DNA of 62,695 bases from a candidate division WOR-1 bacterium RIFCSPHIGHO2_01_FULL_53_15 (GTDB lineage: Bacteria > Margulisbacteria > WOR-1 > O2-12-FULL-45-9 > XYB2-FULL-48-7), in NCBI GenBank assembly GCA_001772335.1, contig METM01000027.1:21776-84470 (forward strand), in the 5' to 3' direction. Both the position numbers and the translations under genes were made by a program. Numbering within the stretch: position 1 is the stretch's first letter; every line of letters begins with the position of its first letter. Shown here in pieces: positions 45,845 through 52,789 of this stretch. The notes beneath the pieces are model-generated. The model did not search any database. It was not told the DNA's origin and was given only the letters and a program-made list of their open reading frames with translations.

Positions 45845-45870
45845 TAATGTCATCCCCCTAGTGCCATACT
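45845..45870 (+). promoter_or_regulatory. conserved promoter-like element P7 (leaderless layout)
   Basis: TAATGTCATCCC-CCTAGTGC-CATACT, 6 nt before the ATG at 45877. Confidence 0.55.
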
Positions 45871-45876
45871 ACAACT

Positions 45877-46083
45877 ATGATTAATTTACTAATGCCCGGG
45901 CTTGTGTTGATCGCCATGATCTGGAGTTTTGGCTGTGTCGTTTACTGGCTCGCCAAGACCGCGGAGTGGCTGGAAAACGCCGGCCGACCGCCGGAGATCC
46001 ATATCCACAATCACCCCGTTCAGCGGGAAGTTTATGTCTCAAGGATCATTGAGAAAGAGAGACGGATTTTCTTGCCTAGATAG
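45877..46083 (+). CDS. small membrane protein
   Basis: 68 aa with one N-terminal TM helix (LLMPGLVLIAMIWSFGCVVYWL). Confidence 0.35.
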   Translation: MINLLMPGLVLIAMIWSFGCVVYWLAKTAEWLENAGRPPEIHIHNHPVQREVYVSRIIEKERRIFLPR

Positions 46084-46128
46084 CTAGATAGGTGGTATAA
46101 TATTATCAAATATGCGGGGTGTAAAATA

Positions 46129-46671
46129 ATGAGCAAAAGTCATGAGTTACATTTAATGATCGGTGAGTCGATCAATTCGGCCTTTGAAGGGAAAGCAGGC
46201 ATTAAAGTTGTCAGAGATGAGGCTTGCGGTGGGAAGCAGCATATCCCCCTGTTTTTATCTGAAAATAAGAAGAGGGAAAATGTTATTTGTAATGTGGATT
46301 TAATGGTCATAAAAGATAACCACATATCCATAATTATTGAGATTGAGGAATCAAATGTAAAGCCAACGCAGATTTGCGGCAAATACCTGACCTCCGCGAT
46401 TTCAGTCTGTTACTTTCACGCAAAGGAGAACAATAAACCCGTAAGAATGTCAAAAAACGTCTTATTTATTCAAGTTTTGGATAATATAAAATTGCCGAAA
46501 GGATCGGTTAAGATCCCGCAATGGATACAAATCGGGGAAAGGATCAAAAAAGTAATAAGCGACTTTCACGGCACATCAGTCAATAAATATGAATTGCTTT
46601 TTGGGAATAAGGGCCAATTTAGCGGCCTTGAAAAAGCGTTGATAAATAAGATTGAGGCGCACCTAACCTAA
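46129..46671 (+). CDS. PD-(D/E)xK-like nuclease-fold protein
   Basis: NVDLMVI ... IIIEIEESNVKP core. Preceded by TGGTATAAT. Its stop directly abuts the ATG of the HD gene. Confidence 0.4.
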   Translation: MSKSHELHLMIGESINSAFEGKAGIKVVRDEACGGKQHIPLFLSENKKRENVICNVDLMVIKDNHISIIIEIEESNVKPTQICGKYLTSAISVCYFHAKENNKPVRMSKNVLFIQVLDNIKLPKGSVKIPQWIQIGERIKKVISDFHGTSVNKYELLFGNKGQFSGLEKALINKIEAHLT

Positions 46672-47286
46672 ATGAATAACATCGACATCAATGCCCGCTA
46701 TCAATCGCTAAAAAACAATATCTCCGGCCGAAAACCCAACTTCGATCCATTCATCTCCATGCTGGAAAAAGATACCTCCTGGCTCACCAGCCCGGCCAGC
46801 ACCCGCTTCCACCTTAACCACGAAGGCGGCCTGCTTGAGCACAGCGTCGGAGTGGCGGAAAATCTGCTGAAATTCAGGGCGGCGCTGGCGCCGGAGATCT
46901 CGGAAGAGTCGTGCGTCATCGTCGGCCTTTTACATGACATCGGCAAGATCGGCATGCCGGGCAAGCCGAGATATCATAAGAACGAGAACCAATGGGAGAT
47001 CAAGAATCGGGACATGACTTATGTCGTGAACCCCGATGAGGTCTACATGAATTTAGCGGCGCGTAGCTTGTATATTATCGCCAAATATCTCCCGCTCTCG
47101 GACGCCGAAGCCCAGGCGATCCTTTACCATGACGGCCAGTATGTCGATTTCAATCGCGAAGTCGCCCACAAGGAAGAGCCCCTCACCCTGCTCGCCCACT
47201 GGGCCGATTATTGGACGGCGCATATTTACGAAGAGAAGAGGACCATAAAAGAAGACATTAGTTACTTTGATCGGCGGCAAAAATGA
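46672..47286 (+). CDS. HD-domain metal-dependent phosphohydrolase
   Basis: FHLNHEGGLLEHSVGV and VGLLHDIGK motifs, with a later HD (ILYHDGQY). Confidence 0.8.
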   Translation: MNNIDINARYQSLKNNISGRKPNFDPFISMLEKDTSWLTSPASTRFHLNHEGGLLEHSVGVAENLLKFRAALAPEISEESCVIVGLLHDIGKIGMPGKPRYHKNENQWEIKNRDMTYVVNPDEVYMNLAARSLYIIAKYLPLSDAEAQAILYHDGQYVDFNREVAHKEEPLTLLAHWADYWTAHIYEEKRTIKEDISYFDRRQK

Positions 47287-47351
47287 TCGGCTGATTTTCT
47301 TTTTTTGCAATTTTTTGCCTTCTCCGCTTGGACATGATCACACCCTCAACT

Positions 47352-47372
47352 GGCGAAAATTCGCCGTTTTTT
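47352..47372 (+). terminator. weak rho-independent terminator candidate
   Basis: GGCGA-AAAT-TCGCC followed by GTTTTTT. The stem is only 5 bp. Confidence 0.3.
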
Positions 47373-47407
47373 GGCCTTTGAGACCCTCGAATTAGCTTGG
47401 GCAAGCG

Positions 47408-47423
47408 TGGCAATAAAATTGCT
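47408..47423 (+). promoter_or_regulatory. sigma54-type -24/-12 promoter candidate
   Basis: TGGCAATAAAATTGCT has the same spacing as, and a nearly identical sequence to, the site at 20696. Both are preceded by CAAGCG. Confidence 0.4.
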
Positions 47424-47440
47424 GCCCATCCTCCGGGAGG

Positions 47441-47492
47441 ATAAATACTAAATGCTAAATACTAAACAAGACCAAAATACTAATGACCAAAA
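47441..47492 (+). repeat. heptamer-based (CTAAATA-type) repeat block, 5' flank and N-terminus of four-helix-bundle gene 1
   Basis: ATAAATACTAAATGCTAAATACTAAACAAGACCAAAATACTAATGACCAAA. A direct copy lies at 47856-47907. Confidence 0.7.
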
Positions 47493-47850
47493 AACAAAAA
47501 GACGCTATGATCTTGAGGAAAGAACAATGTTGTTTGCAAGGGAGACCAATGCTTTCGTTCGGCGACTGCCAAAAGATGTAACGGTATCTGAGAACGGCAG
47601 ACAATTAGTTCGCTCGGCTGGTTCCGTGGCCGCCAACTACATTGAAGCCAACGAAGCGCTAAGCAAGAAGGATTTTATAATGAGGATCAAGATCTGCCGA
47701 AAGGAAGCGAAAGAAAGTCGCCTTTGGCTCAATCTTCTCCAGCCGCCAATTCAGGAGATGACTTATAAGGACCGCCTTCTGGATGAGGCAACGCAACTCA
47801 TGAAAATATTTGGGGCGATACTGACAAAGACGGGAAACACAAAGTTTTAA
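47452..47850 (+). CDS. four-helix-bundle protein (23S rRNA intervening-sequence protein family)
   Basis: YDLEERT..FA......RLPK......QL.RSAGSVAANYIEANEA.SKKDF..R.KICRKEAKES..WL.LL is the family signature. Confidence 0.85.
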   Translation: MLNTKQDQNTNDQKTKRRYDLEERTMLFARETNAFVRRLPKDVTVSENGRQLVRSAGSVAANYIEANEALSKKDFIMRIKICRKEAKESRLWLNLLQPPIQEMTYKDRLLDEATQLMKIFGAILTKTGNTKF

Positions 47851-47855
47851 GCTCT

Positions 47856-47907
47856 TAAATACTAAACGCTAAATACCAAACAAGAACAAAAATGCTAATG
47901 GTCAAAT
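47856..47907 (+). repeat. direct copy of the heptamer repeat block
   Basis: TAAATACTAAACGCTAAATACCAAACAAGAACAAAAATGCTAATGGTCAAA, compared with 47441-47492. Confidence 0.65.
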
Positions 47908-47950
47908 TTTCAAAATAATGAAGACTCGTTTCGGTCATTCAGATTTTGTG

Positions 47951-47995
47951 TTATTTGAATTTGTTTAGTATTTAGAAATTAGCATTTAGTATTTC
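47951..47995 (-). repeat. inverted orphan copy of a four-helix-bundle gene 5' end
   Basis: 47951-47975 is 25/25 identical to 60322-60346, the 5' coding end of gene copy 2. No ORF follows. Confidence 0.7.
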
Positions 47996-47997
47996 AA

Positions 47998-50196
47998 CTA
48001 AAGCTTCTGCGGCAAAGTAATAATAAACGTCGTTCCGCTTCCCGCCCGGCTTCTGACCTTGATCGAACCCTTGTGCTCTTCGATGATGCGCAGTGTGATC
48101 GGCAGGCCCATGCCGGTGCCGGTCACTTTTGTCGTGAAGAACGGATCGAACAAGCTTTTCAGATTTTCATCCGAGATGCCGCCGCCCGTATCGGTCACTT
48201 CGATAAAAACGACCGGCGTCTGTTTCCCCATCTCTTCTTCCTCGCCCCAGACCATCTCCTCGCCTTTTTTGATGCCCTGGCGGGCGCGGATCTTGCCCAG
48301 CTTGATCACCGATCCCACATCGGTCTTGACGATCAGCTCGCCGCCCTTGTCCTGCATCGACTCGATCGCGTTCTTGATGATATTGACGAAGGCCTGAGAG
48401 AGCTGGCCGGCGTCGCCCGAGATCTCCGGCAGTTGGGCCAGCTTCTTGGTCACCCGCACGTTGTTCTTTTTGCACTCGCTCTCAAACAGGAGAAGAACTT
48501 CTTCCAACAGCGAATTGACCTCCACTTTGCTCAACTCCGGCTTCATCGGCCGGCCGAACTTAAGCAAACTCTCGGCAATCCGGTTGATGCGCTCGATCTC
48601 GTGCGGGATGATGGAGGAGAATTTTTCCCGGAACTCCTTGTCGTCCCACTTCTGCTGGAGGAGCTGGGTAAAGGTGCGCAGGGAGACGAGCGGATTTTTT
48701 ATTTCATGCGCCATGCCGGCCGCCATCGTCCCCAGCGAGGCCAGTTTCTCGGAGAGGATCAGGCGCTCCTGGCTGTCGCGCAGGTCGCGCGTCATCTGGT
48801 TAAAGGCCGTCGCCAGCTTGCCGATCTCATCGTTTGAGGCGACGGCGATATGATAGCCCAGTTCGCCCCGGGCGACGGCTTCGGTTCCCAGCTTGAGCTC
48901 TTTGATCGGCTTTTCGATCGAGCGCGCGAAAAAGATGCCGGTCAGCGCCGTGATGATGATCCCGACGATGACAAAAAGGAGTGAATTCGTCTCCAGCCGC
49001 CGCAGCTCAAAATAGGCCTTGCCGATCGGCTCTTCGACCACGACCCCCAGGCCGAATTTCTTGACCGGCAGATAAGCGCCGGCCATCAGCTCGCCCAATT
49101 CGTCGTGGAATTCGCCGGCCCCGCTCAAACCCTGCGAAAGCTTGCCGACCGCTTCGTTGGCCGCGACCCGCTCCTTCTGGATGGCGCGCTTCTTGTCCGG
49201 GTGGGCGACCAGCCGGCCGCTCTCGTCAATGACAAAAGCCACCGCGCCGCCCAAACGCTGGTCGGTAACCAGCGCCTGCAGGGCCTCAAGGCCGGGTTTT
49301 TCCTTAGCGGCGGCGATCTTGTCGGCCAGATTTTCGGCGTTCTTAAGATAACTGCCGAGGATGTTCTTTGAGAGCGCGTTCTTGCTGATATTGATCGTCG
49401 CCAGCGTGGTCGCCTCGAAGAGTATAACGATCAGCAGGACGAAGATGAGCATCAGCTTGAAAAGGATCCTCGTCCGCAAAAAGCGGAGCGGCGCCTGCGC
49501 CTCCGCCGAGTCGGCCGGCACGAGCTCCGCCAGCAACAGGAGCAGGATCGAGAGAAGCGTCATAACCCAGGCCGCCAAAAGATAGCCGGCTTCGCCGGTC
49601 GGGACATACAGAGAGGCCGAAAATAACGAGCCGAGGAAAATGATGGCCGCGGCGCCGGTATAGGCGGTCAGCGCCCGCTTGCCGCCGCCGGCCGAGAGCG
49701 CTGAGCCGAAGGAAAATATGCTGAGAACAAGCCACATCAGTGAGAAGAACGGCTTCTCCGGTATCCACGACGAATAATAGACAATCGGTTCAACGACCGC
49801 CTCGCGATAGATCAAATTGAGGGAAGAGTCAAAGATCCGGTAAATAAAAAAACCGGTCAGGAAAAGGAGAAGGCAGGATGCGATGTGCCCCCACCTCAAC
49901 TCAAATTTTTCGACGATGTAAAGCCAGATCCCCAGCGCGCAGAGGAAGAGACTGGCGGAGACGATCTTTTGCGCCAGAATCAGCTCGGTTAGCGGCCGCT
50001 CGAGGTTGAACATCAGCTGTGAGGCAAGCGCCGCTGAAACATAAACGAAGAGCGAAAGGAAGAAAAGCGAAAGGAAGAGCTCGCGCCGCCGGCCGGTCAG
50101 GAAAAAGCTGCGCAGAAAAGTGATCCCGCCCGAGAGGAGGATCCCGCCGGTGAAGATCTCAGTAAAGATGCTGATGATCGTCAGGGTTGAGAACAT
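47998..50196 (-). CDS. sensor histidine kinase (multi-TM N-terminus, extracytoplasmic sensor, HAMP, HisKA, HATPase_c with insertion)
   Basis: HAMP-like region, H-box MAHEIKNPL, N-box NIIKNAIES and G-boxes DTGGGI..GTGMGL. Confidence 0.9.
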   Translation of the reverse strand: MFSTLTIISIFTEIFTGGILLSGGITFLRSFFLTGRRRELFLSLFFLSLFVYVSAALASQLMFNLERPLTELILAQKIVSASLFLCALGIWLYIVEKFELRWGHIASCLLLFLTGFFIYRIFDSSLNLIYREAVVEPIVYYSSWIPEKPFFSLMWLVLSIFSFGSALSAGGGKRALTAYTGAAAIIFLGSLFSASLYVPTGEAGYLLAAWVMTLLSILLLLLAELVPADSAEAQAPLRFLRTRILFKLMLIFVLLIVILFEATTLATINISKNALSKNILGSYLKNAENLADKIAAAKEKPGLEALQALVTDQRLGGAVAFVIDESGRLVAHPDKKRAIQKERVAANEAVGKLSQGLSGAGEFHDELGELMAGAYLPVKKFGLGVVVEEPIGKAYFELRRLETNSLLFVIVGIIITALTGIFFARSIEKPIKELKLGTEAVARGELGYHIAVASNDEIGKLATAFNQMTRDLRDSQERLILSEKLASLGTMAAGMAHEIKNPLVSLRTFTQLLQQKWDDKEFREKFSSIIPHEIERINRIAESLLKFGRPMKPELSKVEVNSLLEEVLLLFESECKKNNVRVTKKLAQLPEISGDAGQLSQAFVNIIKNAIESMQDKGGELIVKTDVGSVIKLGKIRARQGIKKGEEMVWGEEEEMGKQTPVVFIEVTDTGGGISDENLKSLFDPFFTTKVTGTGMGLPITLRIIEEHKGSIKVRSRAGSGTTFIITLPQKL

Positions 50197-51110
50197 TATT
50201 TATATACCGTGATCGCCCCGGAGCCGACGCCGAGGCCGCCGCCGGTGTTGGCCGCCTGCACCGAGACCACATACGTGCCGGCGGAGATGCTGCTGCCGGG
50301 TACAAACTCAAGCGACCAGTTGTTGCCGCTGCCCTTTTCGAGCTTTTCCCGCTCGGAGAGACCCAGCGACTTCAAGTCGGCCGTGACGCTCTCCACATCT
50401 TCCGGCCGGCCGGGATTATCGATCACAGCCGTTATTGTAACCAATGTCTTGCCGTCTGCCAAGGCCCTTTCCGGAGAAAATCTCACTTCGGTCACGGTCG
50501 GGTTCTTCCTGACATCGAGCGAGGTCTTGGCCAGCGCCAGCCAGCCCTTCTTGTTGGCGACGGCCACGGGAATATCTTTAACCCCCAGCGCGACACTGCG
50601 CGAAACGCTCGTCTGCAGAGTATAGACGCCGTCGGCCGCTCGCTGGTCGCCGAAGAGCCCGTTGTCGACCAGCGTCGTGTTGGGCAGGCGGCCGATCGAG
50701 GAGAGGTCGGCCCGCACCCCCGAGATGTTGGAGAGGCCGGCCGGGTCGTCGACGGAGGCGACGAGCTCGAGCACGGTGCGGCCGTCGGGCGGCATCTTGC
50801 GCGGCACCGCCTTGACGTAATTGATCGTCGGCGTCAGCTTGACCCTGTTGACCTTGGTCACGTCGTAGCCCACCGTCCAGGAGAGGAGCTCGCCGATCTT
50901 CTGCTTCATGAAATCGGTGGCCGAGAGCATCATGATCGCCTCGCCCTTGGTCAGCGTCTCGCCCGCTTCGGCCTTCTTCTGGGCGTAGACAGGCGCGGCG
51001 AAGTTAAGGCAAAAACCGAACACGAAAGAATAAAGTAACGCGTAACGCGTAACGCGTGCAATGTACGCGTTACTCATTACCCTATTCGCATTACTTGTAA
51101 AGATATTCAT
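50196..51110 (-). CDS. secreted protein with Ig-like repeats
   Basis: Signal-like N-terminus and repeated ...DGVYT/ GTYVVSV... beta-sandwich-like segments. The ATG overlaps the upstream stop (ATGA), and the stop overlaps the kinase ATG (TAATG). Confidence 0.45.
   Translation of the reverse strand: MNIFTSNANRVMSNAYIARVTRYALLYSFVFGFCLNFAAPVYAQKKAEAGETLTKGEAIMMLSATDFMKQKIGELLSWTVGYDVTKVNRVKLTPTINYVKAVPRKMPPDGRTVLELVASVDDPAGLSNISGVRADLSSIGRLPNTTLVDNGLFGDQRAADGVYTLQTSVSRSVALGVKDIPVAVANKKGWLALAKTSLDVRKNPTVTEVRFSPERALADGKTLVTITAVIDNPGRPEDVESVTADLKSLGLSEREKLEKGSGNNWSLEFVPGSSISAGTYVVSVQAANTGGGLGVGSGAITVYK
51035..51055. repeat. tandem heptamer GTAACGC x3 inside the N-terminus of the 304-aa secreted protein
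   Basis: gtaacgc gtaacgc gtaacgc, followed by the inverted TACGCGTTAC at 51064-51073. Encodes ARVTRYALLY. Confidence 0.8.
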
Positions 51111-52789
51111 TTGGCGGCTTTCCTCAACAGATTGAAGAGCTTGTCCCCTTCCTCTCTGGTCACCGGCGCCTCGGGCCGGAACGTGCCGTCGGGGAACGGC
51201 GCCAGGAGGCCGGCGTCAACCACGATCTTGATGAAGGGAGCCAGCGGATTATCTCGTCTGACGTCGGTATAGAGGTCGGCCTCGATCTTGGGCAGACGGA
51301 AGCCCGAGGCCTTGGCCAGCCAGGTGGCGAGGTCGCCCCTGGTCAGACTGGCATCGAGGCGGAACTCGGCGCCCGGCGCGACTTCGACCACGCCGAGCGT
51401 CACCAGCTCTTCGACTTTCTTTTTCTGCTCAACAACCTTCTCTGCCTTTTTCTTGATCGCTTCGACTTCCTCGGACGACTTCGCTCTGGCCAGCTCTTGC
51501 TTGATCGCCTTTTCTTCCGCCACCTCGACTTTGGCCTTGCGCAGGACCTTGTAGGTCCAGTCCTTCTTTTCTCCCTGGTAGCGCGCTTCGACGATGATTA
51601 AGTTCTTGCCCAGCTGGAGCGGCACTGTCACCTTAAAGCTGTTGTCGTCGGCGGTGACCGCCCGCGCGTCGTTGACGTAGACCTCGACGCCGGATTTAAC
51701 AGCGCCGAAAATCTCGAGGCGGTCGTCGTAGGACTCGATGTTGTCGGCCAGCGAAATCTTTTCGAGCGCTGTCTCAAGGATCACGGCCGGCCGGTCAACC
51801 TCAAGTTTCTCCTGGACAATCCACTCCGGCGGGAAATAGAGGGCCGAGAAATAGGTCAGGTCTTCGTCGCGCAGGGGCTCGCGGCTCCTGACGAGATCGA
51901 TGCCCCATTCGCCGGCGCGATAACCCAGGCCGAGGTTCAAACTGGTGACCGTGCTGCCCGGTTTGGCCTGCTGCATAACGCCGGCGCGCAAATAATAGGT
52001 CTTAGCGATTCCCCACTCGCCGCCCAGGCGCAGGAGCGCGCCGCTCCTTGAGAGATCAAGCTCGCCGGCGACTAACAGTTCCCGGCCTTCAAGAAAGACC
52101 GGTGACTTGAGATCGCCGATGACCCTGGCCGAGCCGCCGAGTTTCAACTCGGCCGGAATGCCTTCTGTCCCGCCGACATCCCAGCTGATCTGGCCGCCGC
52201 CCAAAACACCGGCCGGCAAAATATTCTGGAGAGCGGCGCCGGCCGACCACCAGTCGGAGCCCTTATAGAGAACGCCGAGATCCATGTCCCAGCCGACAGC
52301 GGAGCGGTCCGGCTGTCCCGTGCGGCGCAGCGTCTCGCCCAGGAGGGCCTTGACGCTGAGGCCAAAGCCCAGCTTCTGAAAAATCTCCCGCTCGGCCAGA
52401 TAAGGCAGAAAATTGAGTTTCGTGCCGTAAGAAAGGAGCACAATGTTGCTGCTCGAAGCGGCCACCCCGCCGGCGATCGGTACCGACGAAATATTGGCGT
52501 TGACGACCGCGAGCCCCAGCGAGGAATTATTGCCGGTGGGGAAGGCCATGACACCCGTGATATTCTCGAGGTCCTTGAGGGCCAGGGCAACGCCCTTGAC
52601 CCAGGCCTGGCCGCCGGGGTTGTATAAGACCGTATTGACGTCGTCGGCCGCGCCGACAAAGGCGGCCCCCAGGCCCAGCGGCCGGGCGCCGCCCTCAAGT
52701 TTCAGGGGATTGAAGCCGATCTCAGTTAGCTGGGCGCGCGCGGCCGAGGCGGCCAAGGCAAAAAGAAAAATAAAAAGCAGTCGTTTCAT
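51107..52789 (-). CDS. outer-membrane beta-barrel (PorV/UPF0164-like) - Ig-like - coiled coil - C-terminal SLH domain protein
   Basis: Signal peptide, GARPLGLGAAFVGAADDVNTVLYNPGG barrel signature, a Lys/Glu coiled coil, and C-terminal LTRGDLATWLAKA...PFPDGTFRPEAPVTREE (SLH). Confidence 0.6.
   Translation of the reverse strand: MKRLLFIFLFALAASAARAQLTEIGFNPLKLEGGARPLGLGAAFVGAADDVNTVLYNPGGQAWVKGVALALKDLENITGVMAFPTGNNSSLGLAVVNANISSVPIAGGVAASSSNIVLLSYGTKLNFLPYLAEREIFQKLGFGLSVKALLGETLRRTGQPDRSAVGWDMDLGVLYKGSDWWSAGAALQNILPAGVLGGGQISWDVGGTEGIPAELKLGGSARVIGDLKSPVFLEGRELLVAGELDLSRSGALLRLGGEWGIAKTYYLRAGVMQQAKPGSTVTSLNLGLGYRAGEWGIDLVRSREPLRDEDLTYFSALYFPPEWIVQEKLEVDRPAVILETALEKISLADNIESYDDRLEIFGAVKSGVEVYVNDARAVTADDNSFKVTVPLQLGKNLIIVEARYQGEKKDWTYKVLRKAKVEVAEEKAIKQELARAKSSEEVEAIKKKAEKVVEQKKKVEELVTLGVVEVAPGAEFRLDASLTRGDLATWLAKASGFRLPKIEADLYTDVRRDNPLAPFIKIVVDAGLLAPFPDGTFRPEAPVTREEGDKLFNLLRKAAK

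Larger units (their letters stand above)
35753..47286. mobile_element. accessory island (replication-like module plus WYL/nuclease module); no recombinase seen
   Basis: Contains phage/plasmid-style genes, six copies of the island promoter element, and AT-rich composition from about 39.4 kb. It is bounded by surE and a terminator-like hairpin. The boundaries are approximate. Confidence 0.4.

Noticed and set aside
35753-47286. Calling the island a prophage or an integrative conjugative element.
   Set aside because: No capsid, terminase, portal, tail, lysis, relaxase, T4SS or integrase genes are recognisable in the window. Only a generic 'accessory island' call is justified.
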